Assembly: GCF_046119375.1 (NCBI RefSeq)
Contig: NW_027362769.1
Location: 259,656,001 to 259,720,000 of the forward strand
Direction: 5' to 3'
Origin: Phyllobates terribilis
Lineage: Eukaryota
Length of the DNA: 64,000 nucleotides
Positions 1-12,390 of the stretch are shown here, piece by piece. The first letter of the stretch is position 1. The number at the start of each line of letters is the position of its first letter. The position numbers were made by a program, and so were the translations under genes. The notes below the pieces were generated by a model. The model had not been told where the DNA came from. It searched no databases and saw nothing but the letters and a program-made list of their open reading frames with translations.

Positions 1-890
1 TTTCTTTCGGTGGGTCGCAGTTTTCGGCTGGCGTAAGCAATTACCCGTTCTCTCCCCTGCTGGATCTGGGACAGTACGGCTCCTAGCCCGATGTTACTTG
101 CGTCGGTGTAGAGGATAAAGGGCTGGCTGTAATCCGGGTACGCCAGGATTTCATCCCCCGTGAGGGCCATCTTCAGCTGGCGGAAGGACTCTTCTTCCAG
201 CTTCTCCCATCTGAAGGGCGGCTTCTGGTTCTTGGCCTTCCTGGACTGGCCTATCAGGAGGTCCTGCATAGGAGCTGCCTTTTTGGTGAAACCGGGAATG
301 AATCTTCGGTAGTAGCCTACCAACCCGAGGAACTGCCGCACTTCCTTTACGCTGGAGGGTCTTGGCCATTCCTTAATCGCGGTGATCTTATCAGGGTCGG
401 GAGCCACTCCGTCAGCACTCACCACGTGTCCCAGGTACTGCACTTTTGGTTTTAGCAGGTGACACTTCGACGGTTTCACCTTCAGACCATAGTTTGCCAG
501 GGCTTCAAACACTTCCGCCAGGTGTTTCAGGTGGTCCTCGTAGGTTTTGGAATAAACTATAACATCGTCCAGGTACAGCAGGACCGTCTCAAAGTTCCGG
601 TGTCCCAGACAGCATTCCATCAATCGTTGGAAGGTTCCTGGTGCGTTGCAGAGTCTGAACGGCATGCAGGTAAACTCGCTAAGTCCCATCGGGGTGGTGA
701 ATGCGGTCTTCTCCCGGTCCGCCTCTGCTACAGGAACCTGCCAGTACCCGCTAGTGAGATCCAAAGTGGAGAAGAAGTTAGCAGATTTTAAAGCAGCCAA
801 AGACTCCTCTATCCTTGGTAAGGGGTACGCATCTTTGTGTGTGATACGGTTGATTTTCCGGTAATCTACACACATTCTCATGGTGTTGTC
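1..890 (-). CDS. pol: Gypsy A pol, RT-RNase H portion (open to the window edge)
   Basis: Manual translation gives MRMCVDYRKINRIT...LDLTSGYWQ...MPFRLCNAPGTFQR...YLDDVIVYS...YLGHVVS...LYTDASNIGLGAVL with no stops. It is separated from the upstream ORF by a 1-nt deletion near 890 (LVKKK-DNTM). Confidence 0.9.
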
Positions 891-3034
891 TTCTTTTTAA
901 CCAAGACTAGTGGAGCTGCCCAGGGGCTACAGCTATCCCTGATTACCCCAGCCTCCTTCGTGTCTCTAAGCATCCCCTTGGCGTGTTGGTAATGTGCAGG
1001 GGGTACGGGTCGGTATCTCTCCTTTATGGGAGGGTGGTCTCCCGTGGGGATGTGATGTTCCACTCCCTTCACTCGCCCGAAGTCTAGCGGGTGTTTACTG
1101 AACACTCTCTCGTATTCCTGGATCACCCGGTAGACTCCCTGCTTTTGGTGAGCGGGTGTGGAGTCAGTACCCAAATGCAGTTGCTGACACCAGTCCTCCA
1201 TTTGTTGCTTAGAGCCGTTACCTTCCTCTGGATGAGATGGAGGCAAGGGTTCCACGGACTGTACAGAATTTTGGTTGATGGTATACAATTTGGCTAGCGT
1301 AGCATACCGGGGCAGGTACACTTCCCTCTCCCCGATATTTATTATGCGAACGGGCACCCTCCCATGGCGTACATCAACCACCCCCCGTGCCGTCAAAATG
1401 GTGGGCCTACTATCTGAGTAGACTGGTTCTACCATTGCCTGGTAATCTCTACCTCTCAGACCAATAGCTGCCCGGCACCAAATCATCATTTCACTTTTCG
1501 GGGGCATGGCAATAGGGAAAGGGTCACACATTCTCACGCTACCAATCTCACCGCCGGAGAGTTCCACTTGTTGCCGTCGCATCAGTGCCCGGATCTCTTT
1601 TTGGAGCACTCGCTGCTGGCCGGAGCTGGCGTTCTTGGCAACCTGCTGTAAAATAAGAATCACCTCTGCAAGACAATTTTCAATCACATTAGTTCCTAGA
1701 GTTATCTTTGGGTGACTCTCGCGCTTGTCAATGTCCACAATGATCAGTCCCTGTGCTGCCAGTTCGACTTTACCGATTTTAATGGTCACCTCTTTAAATC
1801 CGATCTGTGGCACGGGCTGACCATTGCTGGCGATGATACTCAAGTCGTCGTCTGGGTAGCGGGTTATATCCGAGTCATTCCAGTACTGCTTGAAGAGCAC
1901 GTACGGGATGGTGGTGACCTGTGACCCGGTGTCAAGTAGGGCACTCATAGGAATGCCATCCAGTACTACAGGCAAGACTGGACGTCCTCCCACGTATTTG
2001 TCACGCCAGTTCGATGGGCCTGGTGATCTTATTCCTAGGGGTTGGCCCTCTACCCCAGGTTGTGACAGTTTTAAAGGACAGTACCTTGCCATATGTCCGG
2101 GTTGATTGCAGCGGCGGCAGATGGGTTGTCCGTCCTCGTTGTATCGGTCGCTGGGTCTTCCTCTGGCCGGTGGGGTCCTCCTTGGTCGGCGCCACGGGAT
2201 ATCCTCCGGTCCGGATGCCAGCTGGATCTTCCCTGGAGTAGAAACCTGTAAAGACTGCACAGTTCGGGTTAGCGCGGCAACGCTTTTAGTTAGCTCTTGG
2301 ACCTGATGGTGCAGGTCTGTAGCCGGGTCATTGTTTAAAGCCTGCGCATCAGCTCCCACAGGCCCTGCCGACAAGGGCGCCGTCTCCTGGTAGTAAATGG
2401 TAGCAGGGCGTTTGTGGGTCACAGCGCCACCTGGTGCCGGTTCTCGGAGCACCCGGATGGCTCTGTCCTTGAACTGTGCAAAGTCCAGATGAGGGTTCTG
2501 TAAGGCCATTGCTCGCAACTGGGTTCGGTGGGCATTGCAATGTAGACCCTCTATAAATTGTTCAGTCAACAGCTTGTCTTCGTTTCCCACACCGTCAGGG
2601 TCGGCCTGCTTAACGGCTCTCAGGGCCTCTTGTAGATTTAGTGCATAGTCCCTTATATTCTCATGTGCTTGCTGCTTGCACCCGTAGAATCTAAGCTTGA
2701 TCTCGGCTGAGGTACGGGTATCAAAGGTGTCCTTCAGCCGGGCTAGTATCTCTGCGACAGTCCTCCTCCTCCCAAGTGGCCAGGACTTTACCTCCCTTTG
2801 GGCTGCCCCCGTTAATTGAGCCACCAGGATGCTCACTTTTTGCTCTTCTGTGAGGGGGTACACCTGGAAGAGGCTATCCAGCCTTTCTCTGAAGTCATTT
2901 AGGGTATGTGACTCCCCTGAGTACTGGGGTAGCCAGGCTGCCCCCGGGATGTAGGGCATGGTGAAAGGCATGACCGCAGCAGCGGTGGTGCTGGCGGTGG
3001 CTGTGGCAGTGAAGCTCTCCTCCGTATCCGACAT
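878..3034 (-). CDS. gag: Gypsy A gag-protease-start of RT, fused in one frame
   Basis: 718-aa ORF with CRRCNQPGHMARYC zinc knuckle, LLDTGSQ aspartic protease and SPWAAPLVLV at the RT start. Confidence 0.9.
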   Translation of the reverse strand: MSDTEESFTATATASTTAAAVMPFTMPYIPGAAWLPQYSGESHTLNDFRERLDSLFQVYPLTEEQKVSILVAQLTGAAQREVKSWPLGRRRTVAEILARLKDTFDTRTSAEIKLRFYGCKQQAHENIRDYALNLQEALRAVKQADPDGVGNEDKLLTEQFIEGLHCNAHRTQLRAMALQNPHLDFAQFKDRAIRVLREPAPGGAVTHKRPATIYYQETAPLSAGPVGADAQALNNDPATDLHHQVQELTKSVAALTRTVQSLQVSTPGKIQLASGPEDIPWRRPRRTPPARGRPSDRYNEDGQPICRRCNQPGHMARYCPLKLSQPGVEGQPLGIRSPGPSNWRDKYVGGRPVLPVVLDGIPMSALLDTGSQVTTIPYVLFKQYWNDSDITRYPDDDLSIIASNGQPVPQIGFKEVTIKIGKVELAAQGLIIVDIDKRESHPKITLGTNVIENCLAEVILILQQVAKNASSGQQRVLQKEIRALMRRQQVELSGGEIGSVRMCDPFPIAMPPKSEMMIWCRAAIGLRGRDYQAMVEPVYSDSRPTILTARGVVDVRHGRVPVRIINIGEREVYLPRYATLAKLYTINQNSVQSVEPLPPSHPEEGNGSKQQMEDWCQQLHLGTDSTPAHQKQGVYRVIQEYERVFSKHPLDFGRVKGVEHHIPTGDHPPIKERYRPVPPAHYQHAKGMLRDTKEAGVIRDSCSPWAAPLVLVKKKTTP

Positions 3035-3452
3035 CCTCCTCCCCCCTAGTGGACCGTGGCCTACCTTGCGATGATCCTTTTCCGTAGGCCGCGGCTCCGC
3101 AGTGGATCGTCAGGGTTGAGGACCTTCCGTCGCGCTCCTGTGACGTCGGCGTCTGCTGGGCTCCTTCCAGGACCTTACGCAACGTCCGGACGTGAGGCGG
3201 GGCTTCAGTTCTCGCGCGCTTTCGGAGTCCACGCCCCTCTTCTTCCCGCGCGGCGTCCCCAAGATGGCGTCCAAGGGCGGGAAGACTCCACGGATGGCGG
3301 GAAGAAGGCAGAAGATGGCGTCGGGTGGCGGGAAAACTCCACGGATGGCGGGAAGAAGGCAAAAGATGGCGTCGGATGGCGGGAATCTTCACCACAGGTA
3401 AGTTTAACAGTTCTTTTTCAGGCGCGCAGTACCCGGTGGTTGCGGGCACGGA

Positions 3453-3470
3453 ATCCTGCCGACTACGCCA
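3453..3470 (-). promoter_or_regulatory. Primer-binding site for tRNA-Ser(AGA/TGA)
   Basis: TGGCGTAGTCGGCAGGAT lies 5 nt inside the LTR end and is complementary to the vertebrate tRNA-Ser 3' end ...ATCCTGCCGACTACGCCA (tRNA sequence from memory). Confidence 0.85.
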
Positions 3471-3475
3471 AAAGT

Positions 3476-4494
3476 TGACGCGCCCCCTGGGCCATGTTTG
3501 GGGAATACCCGGAGCCGGATCTGTTGGGGGTGGTAGTCCTCGTGGCGGTGACCCGGTCCGTGCCCAGGGTGTCAAACTAAGTGGCGATGTTTTTAGTGGC
3601 AGATGTGATATTGTTCGACTACGCCACCCGTTGAATGCGGTTATGAAACCGCCGCTGCAGGGCAGACCGCTGAGGCCGGTGGTACAGTTGTGCAGCGTGG
3701 GTAGTATAACCCCCAACGGGAGGGGTATGGCCTCAGGGCAGCGGACGTGGATGATGGGGATGGTAGAATTGCACGCAGGCACCAGGAACCACTCAGAGAC
3801 GGTGCGGTGTAGTTCAGGGTCTTTACTGGTGACAAAGATAGACCCTCCCGGGAGTACTGGCTAGCGGTCGGGGTCTGGTCAGTCCGTGAGCAGACAGGAT
3901 CTCCCCTGGCCAGGTGGAGTTGTAGGCCTCCCCAACTAACTGTACTCTTCTTGGCTACCTTGCTAGAAGCGGGTAAAAGTAGCCCACGTCCCTGAGTGTA
4001 CCGTGTGGTGCTCACCCGTATGGCCGGTGACTCGGGGCCTTCTGGTAGCCTCCGCTCCACGACGGCGGTGCTGGTCCCTTGCGTGTGACCGTGCCTTCGG
4101 GTTTCTTGGCCAGAGGACCTGAAATCCCCTGCCGGTCGGTTTCTGCTGCTGGGTATGGAACAGTCCCCACAGCCTCGGACTCCGTGTCCGGTGAGATCTC
4201 TTCAGCCAAGGCGAGCTATCTAGCTTCCAGCCTCTGGCACTCACTCCTGCTCCTACAGAGCTCCTGTTGTAACTTTCCCTGCAACTGCTCCACACCAGAC
4301 CAGACTGTGTCTCTGTCTCTGTCTGTGTTCTTTCTAACCCCACCTCAGCCCCAGTTTATATAGGGGAAGTTCTTCCCCTCCCAGGACTGGGCAGGAGGTG
4401 TGGCATGCTTCGGATTCCTGACCAGGAGACCTCCCACCTGCTTACAGACGTAATATTGCTATTACTGTGGTAACCAGACCCCTGGGGTTCCACA
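3476..4494 (-). repeat. 5' LTR of Gypsy A (1019 bp)
   Basis: Termini TGTGGAACCCC...GGGGGCGCGTCA, a TATA-like CTATATAAA near 4355, and an adjacent PBS. Confidence 0.85.
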
Positions 4495-4680
4495 ATAGGA
4501 ATTAGATATGCGGTACTGTGGGCTAGATCACACATGATGGGGATTAGATACACGGCACTGTGGACTGTATCACACATGATGGAGATGAAATACGCTGCTC
4601 TCTTGGCTGTATCACATATGGTGGGGATTAGATACGCAGCATTGTGGGCTGTATCACACATGATGGGATTAGATACATGG
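4495..4680. repeat. Minisatellite, about 42-bp unit, 4-5 copies
   Basis: Repeating ATGATGGGATTAGATAC...CTGTGGCTGTATCACAC. Confidence 0.8.
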
Positions 4681-5259
4681 CTTTGCTATGTCAGTGTAAA
4701 CCTTCAGATGTTTCTAATGCAGAGATGTCTAAATGAGGTTCACGCTGACATAGCAGAGATCAGTCGGTGCTCAGAGCACAGCAGATTGATGATCACACTG
4801 CTGTGCTCTGAACACTGCGGTTAGTGATGGTCAGCAGCCTGACATTGCACTATTAATCCCAGGCTACATGGCTGACCATACTGCTGGCAAAACTCTTGGC
4901 TGCACGCAGTGCTCTCACTGCTCGGAGAAGCGCTGCAGCAGTGAATTCTCCAGCGGTGAGAACAGCGTGGTAGCCTAACAGTAGTACAATGTCATTCTGC
5001 TCATCACCAGCCTGATACTGCCCGCAGCATGGAACCTTCGCTACGCGCGTCCCATCACCGGTCACGCTGAACACTGTGAACGGCGACAGGGTGAAGTTCT
5101 AGCTCGCAGCACAGCTGTAAGCTGGACAGCCCAGGGGGCATAACAAAATGGGAGAAACCAAACATCAGCTCACCGGTATAATGAACTCGATGGATATGGG
5201 TGCGGTGCAAGGAAAGCTTCAGGCCGGCTCCTGGGCAATGAGAGTCATGGAAGGATGAC

Positions 5260-5420
5260 GGAAAAAAAATCCAGCAACCTCAGGGAAAATCCAAAAGGGT
5301 ATAAATTAAAACATCACATTTGATACATTAAAAACCAGGGGTAGAATTAAAACTACATGAAGGGAAGGAAAGACACCGGGTCTACGTGTTTCGAGCTATT
5401 AGCTCTTAGTCCTGAAAAAG
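5260..5420 (-). mobile_element. Penelope-like pseudo-LTR relic with a degenerate hammerhead motif
   Basis: Minus strand of 5381-5414 reads TCAGGACTAAGAGCTAATAGCTCGAAACACGTAGA: a stem II, then GAAAC, then a near-palindromic stem III. Confidence 0.45.
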
Positions 5421-7548
5421 CATGTCCAAGAGAATGAGGAATTTATATCTAATAGCCCTGGAGAAAGGGGAGAGGGAAGGAGAAGGAAAAAGGAATATCC
5501 TATGGAGCCTACAAAAAGATTAACCCTTTGAAATATATACAGGTTAGCAATGACAAAGTATATAAATATTTCTGTAGAAAAATATCAATACAAAATGTTA
5601 AACCTTATAATACTTATACAAGCCACTGATGACAAAGTATTCCTTCCATGGAGCCTAGGGGGCATGCTCTGGGCACAGGGGGAGGCAGCCACAGTGTAGG
5701 AGTTGTGGTGGGACACCGGCCGCAGTCTCATGTACCAGGGGCTGCCGTGTTTGCAGTGTGTAAGTGCTGTGCTCAGACACCAACACACCAGCAAATGAAA
5801 ATGGCAGCCGCCCCCCAGAAAACCAGACGCAAATCATTCCTTCGATTGACCTGCGACGAGAGTGGCATTCGTTTTGTTGCTGGATTTGAACCCAGTGGAA
5901 GTGGAGCCCAGCACCGCACTTGCACGATCAGCACAGCTTGGTACTAGAGGAACTGAACACTTCTGTCAGCCTGCACCACTGGCCAGCAGCTAACTCCGTG
6001 GCTTCAGTCCAGTGGCCCCTGTGTAAGTTCAGATTCCTGTACAGGCGTTAAACAGTGAAAGACAACCCCTGGGATCTGGTAAGCGGAGTGTCTTGCACTA
6101 AGCCTGTCCGTGGTCGAAATTTTTAGAACTCCTAGGTGACCACTGATAGAGACACTTTATATTAATCGGATAACAATAAGTATATTTACCTCCCATACCA
6201 GCGCCACTCCTCTGCTCTGTGCGCTGTGTACTACACTGATCTTGTAACGTTGTTGGTCACGTGAGCGCTGCAGCCAATTATTGGCCATTGATGGGCTGCA
6301 GTGCTCACCGTTCATCAGACCTAACTCCTCCCTCTGCTGGAACTCTAAAATGTGAAGGGTTACAGCCAGGGACAGTCTAAGACTAAAATTCAGCTCTGAC
6401 ATTTCAAAGCACACAGGCCTATGCTGTACTTGTCCCCTTTCCTAGATTGAGGTCTCTATTAACTTATAGTACCCTGCCGACAGGAAATCAAGAGTACTAT
6501 CCATATTTCCAATAATACCACTATATAAGATTTAATAATTATAATAATATTGCAATATTACAAACAAATATCACCATATATACAGTGGTGATAATACTGC
6601 AATACTAATCATTAACCAAAACCACAGTACTAGGACTTATAATACCATGATACGATGACCACATATTAGTAATCACAGTTCTATACTAGTGCTCTGCAGA
6701 CCATATGTGTATGCTTTACAGGTTCTCACCAGTTATGTTCTCGCTAATCATTGTCATTCATTTTTACTTTTCTTTTTTATTCAGCCCAGACCGTCGTGAC
6801 GACTTCTTCCATTCATAACTCATCCCTGCAAAGTGTCACAAGAAACATTGTTGATTTACTGGTTTTCCAGCCCTCACATTCTCCCACCTCTACACAAACC
6901 ATATAGTGTTATTAACAGTGCCCTAGACAGTAATAGTGCCCCCTCTATGCCCTATATTACCGCCCTTTAATGCCCACATATAATAATGTTCCCTCAGTAT
7001 TTCCTCATAGTAATAATGCTCCCCTGTGCCTCCTAACAGTTATACAACACCCTATAGTAATAATGTCTCCTGTGTCTGCGTATAATTGCCCTTGAACCTT
7101 TATAATAATTACCCCAAACCTTCTTATAATACAAACACACCAATGCATTCTTATAATAATAATAATGCCTCCCGTGCTCTCCCTATGAAGATAATGATTC
7201 CCCATTTAGCCTCCTTATAATAATGCCCGTGAGCAGAGGCACACATAGAAATTACAGGACCCCTTTTCAAAAGTTCTATTACTGCACATAGCCTCAGTCA
7301 CAGAGGGGCATACTTCCCAACTTTAAAGGGGTTGTCCGGTCTAAACCGATAAGGCTGCAGTCACTCTGCAGTCACTCTTTGATTGCAGACTTATGGATTC
7401 ACCCAGCGCAGGCACTGTGCACTGCGGGGATTCGCCGGTTTCTGACCCGAGACCGGAGGGTTTGTATGCATTTTTCACACTCTCGGCCAATAGGTGCAGC
7501 CTTGCTCTCCATACACTTGCCTTGAGCCGAGAAAAGGCACAATGGTTG

Positions 7549-8564
7549 TGTGGCACTCCAGGAGTCCAGTTGCCACAGTGGCATTGCCTCCCTCACAAGA
7601 GGTGATGCCATGCCTGGAAGCAAGCAGGGGTCCCCTAATCAGGTTTTACTAAGCATGCAACACTTTCCTGGCTCCAGACCAGCAAGGGGAGTTCCTCCCC
7701 TTAGCAACTGGGATCTGGGGGCTGGGTTAGTGAGACTTAGTGTGAGGAGTTGAAGTCAGGACGTCGAGGAGAGAGGAGCTGGGGACTGGAGCTGCGCGGC
7801 AGCTCACCCCAGAAGAACCAGCACAGAAGAACCGGACACGGGAGTCCGAGGCTGTGGGGCACCGAAGGCCCAGCAGCAGAAACTGGAGGGCCGGAGACTG
7901 CAGGTCTCCTGGCCCCCATCAGCCGCCCGGAGGCTCAGCAGCACCTCAGGGTCCAGCACCGCCAAGTGGGATAGATGCACCAGCAAGGCCCGAGCTACCT
8001 GCCATACGGGTGAGCACAGAAACGTTGCACTCAGGAACGAGGGCCACCGCACAGCTACAAGCAGCAGGGCCAAAGAGTTTAGTGTAGAGGGAAGGCTTCC
8101 AACTTCACCTGACAAGCAGGATTCTTTACTTGCTTCCAGGCTGCCCGGACTTCCACTTCAAGCCAGTACCCTAGTCCCGGCTTGTCTAATCACCACCAGT
8201 AAAGATAAGAGGAAACCGCCATTAAGTTGTGGACTGATTATTGCTGCGCCATCAACCCCTGCACTACAATGACCAGCATAACCCATAACATCTACACTGC
8301 CCTGGAGCTAAGCTCTACCTGTGGAGAGCCACACCATCCCTGCTGCAGTAACATCAGCTCCACAGGACCTGCTCCACAGCGGCGGCTTCCTTAGCCGCAT
8401 ACCACAGGTGGCGTCACAAAATTTTATACAATCACTATAAATCCCCTATCAATAACCCCTTTTTATTGACCACCCTGGGTCACGGACCGGGTCACCGCCA
8501 CTGTGACATCCCCCAGCATTTACTGGCCCGGCACCGGGTACCCCACGGCCCAGGGGGCGCATTA
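7549..8564 (+). mobile_element. Gypsy solo LTR
   Basis: TGTGGCACTCC...GGGGGCGCATTA flanked by the 4-bp TSD GTTG (7545-7548 and 8565-8568). Confidence 0.85.
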
Positions 8565-11548
8565 GTTGGCAGTATGACGCCCTGCAGCTGCAGGCTATCA
8601 CAGAACTCCTGGGTGTTGCACAGATGGATTCTCCCTAATGGCCTCAATACATGCAGACACCTCCACCCAAGTCCACTAGATGGAGCCCTGTCAGGTATAT
8701 ATATACTGGGGGGTGGAGTTCAGGAAGTCAGTCAGTGGGAAGCAGTGAGTGTGATACGATGCTGCAGCACCAGACAAGCTGAAGTCTGTGTGGCTGAAAG
8801 CCAGGCTAGGCCCAAGCTGTGGGCTAGTCTGTCTAGTGGAGAGCCTAGAGTGGGCTAGAAGACAAGGAGAGGAGAAGAGCCATGAGGGACAGAAGAACCA
8901 CAGAGGGTTCGTCCCCTGATGCAAGCTGGGCACCGGGCCCATACCTATTGGGATCTCCATGCCCAGTAGGGAATCCGGCATACTGAGGAGGATTTCATAT
9001 CCCTCGGTCCACCTGTGAATGCCGCACATTTAGAGGACTAGGTACCATGAAGGCCCCGGCGTCCAGGGATAGTGGTAACCAGTGGGAAAGCCCTCGCCGC
9101 CAAGCAAGACAGGTGAGAGAGACATCAAGGAAGCTAGATCATGTTCCCATCCAGAGGACCGCAGCCAGCGCTAGAAGCCGGAAGGTAGGCCACAGTTAAC
9201 TAGGGGGGCACAGCGATGGCGGATGATCAGCAACACGCCGGGGCCCCAGTTAATGCCCCAGATGACCAGCCTGCACCCGGCGCTGCTCAGGCAGGAGCAG
9301 TCGTCGCACCAGCAGGAGCTGTGGCATGGATGGTGCCCATGGCTCTACAGCATGCCCTAAATGTTCAGAGGGTGAGGGAACTGTTGGAACAGGACACCCT
9401 GACTGAACGGGAGGATGACCAGGATGGGTCACCTACCTCCCATCCCCAGGCGCAGCCCAGGAAGGGGCGCCCTTGAGCTACTAGTTCCCCGGTAGCTCTC
9501 GTGTTAAGTATAAGTTAACCTGAACTTGGAGTCTGTGAACTATGAGCGGTCTCACCATTGTACATAGTTTGCACCTCCTGAGGTGCCCCCTGGTGGATAT
9601 TACAAGACTACCACCACTAAAGCCTGCTTGGCGTGGCCTAACCAGTGGCCCTACTCCAGTCCAACAGCCCGCCCAGGACCTTCGTTGGGGGTTTGGAGCA
9701 GGTCCCCCACAAGCCAGCTTACCCGGATGAAAGGGACACACCGGAGGAGGGATCTCATCAAAACTGACCGTTGCAGAAAGTAAAGCTGTGTTGCTGCTAA
9801 TGTGCGTGTGCTCAATTGTTATAAAAGTATTTTAGATATATTAAAAAGAAAGAAAATATTTTTTTTGCTACAAGTAAAGTATAAATAATGTTTATTAAAC
9901 CTGTTATTGCAACGTTCAAGCTACGTGCCTCCCATAAAGGGAATAAAAGTTGTTGTAATGTTTAAAAATATGTTATCCTTGTGTTACCTGTTATAAAAAA
10001 TTTGTTTCAGTCCAGGAGTACTGACTTTTACTAGGGGGGAATGTGATGCCCTGTGGCTGCAGGCTGTCACAGAACTCCTGGGTGTTGCACAGATGGATTC
10101 TCCCCAGTGGCCTCAATACATGCATACACCTCCACCCAAGTCAACTAGATGGAGCCCTGTCAGGTATATATATACTGGGGGGTGGTGTTCAGGAAGTCAG
10201 TCAGTGGGAAGCAGTGAGTGTGACACGATGCTGCAGCACCAGACAAGCTGAAGTCTGTGTGGCTGATAGCCAGGCTAGGCCCAAGCTGCGGGCTAGTCTG
10301 GCTAGTGGAGAGCCTAGAGTGGGCTAGAAGACAAGGAGAGGAGAAGAGCCATGAGGGACAGAGGAACCACAGAGGCCTCGTCCCCTGATGCAAGCCGGGC
10401 ACCGGGCCCGAGCCTATTGGGACCTCCATGCCCAGTAGGGAATCCGGCAAACTGAGGAGGATTTCATATCCCTCGGTCCACCCGTGAATACCGCACATTT
10501 AGAAGACTAGGTACCATGAAGGCCCCGGCGTCCAGGGATAGTGGTAACCAGTGGGAAAGCCCTCGCCGCCAAGCAAGACGAGTGAGAGAAACATCAAGGA
10601 AGCTAGACCCTGTTCCAGGCAGGTCAGAAGTAGAGATGAGCGTTGTTCTACTCGAACTGTTCGCCAATCTCAAATTCGAGCTGTTTTGGGCGGTGTTCGA
10701 GCCGTTCGGCGAACACGAACGATTTGAGAAAAATTCGGCTGTTCGAGGTAATGTTCGATAACTGTTCGTGCACCAAAATCATAACTGGATTTTTTCTCAG
10801 TAATGATGAAAATTAATGTTAATACGCAGTTTGAGTGTACAGCGGGGTGGGGGGAGGGGCAGGGGATGGATCTCTGCAGGAATAATGAAGATCTCCATTT
10901 TTTTTTCTCTTTCCCGCATTTGCAGTGGGGAGGTGTAGTCTGTCAGCCTATCAGCAGCGCACACACGGAGCGAACTGCTGTTTTTCACACAAGCAAGGGC
11001 ATGTGTCATTGGCAGTGTATGTCACATGTCCTTGCCCTATAAGACCAAGCCATTTTCCCCGTCGCCACCATTTTCTCACTGCTGCAGCTGCGTGTTAGAC
11101 GGCACCGCTGTTGCTGTGTGCGCTATACCTTGTTAATTTCAAGCCAATTTTCGCACAAATTTACAGATAGCTTGGGAGTAGGGAATAGTTGTGATTGCAG
11201 TCCTTTTAAGGACTAGGTTACAGCATTTCCTACGACTTTTATCAGGCAGGTCTGTGCTCTTAAATAGATAGATTGTGGGAGTAAAGACTAATTGTAATTG
11301 CAGTCCTTTTCAGGACTAGGTTACATCAGTTCCTATCAGTTTTTGCCAGGCAGGTCTGTGCCAGTGCTGTGCAAGTTTTTTTCACAGCATTTGGCTGAAT
11401 CTAGCAAAGCTAATCCTTTTTGGCCTATTGCAGAGTGTGTTAGTCAGTGGAGTAGCCTATCTGTGTTGCAAGATATACCACCTGTGTATAGAATACCAAT
11501 TTTTTTACTGCACCTAGTGAAGTAAAATCTTTTGGGCATAGCATCATT

Positions 11549-12275
11549 CTATTAGTCCATCTATACTGACCTCCATCAGGTTGCAAATTGAATATAATTT
11601 TTTTCTGCATCTAGCTCTGAAAAAATATTTGGGCTTCTAGCAGTGTGTGGGACTTGATCTATTAGTCCATCTATACTGACCTCCATCAGGTTGCAAACTG
11701 AATATAATTTTTTTCTGCATCTAGCTCTGAAAAAATATTTGGCCTTCTAGCAGTGTGTGGGACTTTCTCTATTAGTCCATCTATACTGACCTCCATCAGG
11801 TTGCAAATTAAAAATAATTTTTATCTGCATCTAGATCTGAAAAAATATTTGGCCTTCTAGCAGTGTGTGGAACTTTCTCTATTAGGACATCTATACTGAC
11901 CTCCATCAGGTTGCAAACTGAATATAATTTTTTTTTGCATCTAGCTCTGAAAAAATATTTGGCCTTCTAGCAGTGTGTGGGACTTGTTCTATTAGTCCAC
12001 CTATACTGACCTCCATCAGGTTGCAAATTCAAAATAATTTTTTGTCTGCATCTAGCTCTGAAAAAATATTTGGCCTTCTAGCAGTGTGTGGGACTTTCTC
12101 TATTAGTCCATCTATACTGACCTCCATCAGGTTGCAAACTGAATATATTTTTTTTCTGCATCTACCTCTGAAAAAATATTTGGGCTTCTAGCTGTGTGTG
12201 GGACTTGTTCTATTAGTCCATCTATACTGACCTCCATCAGGTTGCAAATCGAATATAATTTTTTTCTCCATCTAA
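11549..12275. repeat. 110-bp tandem array (about 6.6 copies) inside the hAT; related units at about 16140-16400 and 19800-19900
   Basis: Units start CTATTAG at 11549, 11659, 11769, 11879, 11989, 12100 and 12210. Confidence 0.9.
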
Positions 12276-12390
12276 CCCAGCCAATAGTTTTGGCCTAATA
12301 CCACAGTTTGGCCACTCAGCTCTGCTCGGTTCCCATCCATTGTTTTTTTGTGCAAACAACTCCAGAGTTGTGAATTAGTTAACCACCAAA

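Larger units (their letters stand above)
1..4494 (-). mobile_element. Ty3/Gypsy LTR retrotransposon A, 5' part (LTR-PBS-gag-PR-RT-RNaseH); runs off the left edge
   Basis: LTR, tRNA-Ser PBS, gag CCHC knuckle, protease LLDTGS, RT YLDD and RNase H YTDAS occur in canonical order on the minus strand. Confidence 0.95.

Noticed and set aside
2895-4363. ORFs of 295, 179, 140 and 139 aa over the Gypsy A leader and LTR
   Set aside because: They arise from GC-rich, stop-poor sequence, overlap in several frames and show no motifs.
8573-10622. Apparent short two-LTR element (TRIM-like) with a 5-bp TSD GGCAG
   Set aside because: The 3' LTR resumes after the hAT at 20688 and ends at 21168 with the true TSD GCAG. 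The GGCAG at 10618 is coincidental LTR sequence.
11549-12275. Regularly spaced repeats resembling a CRISPR array
   Set aside because: The whole unit repeats with no unique spacers, there are no cas genes, and the context is a eukaryotic transposon.
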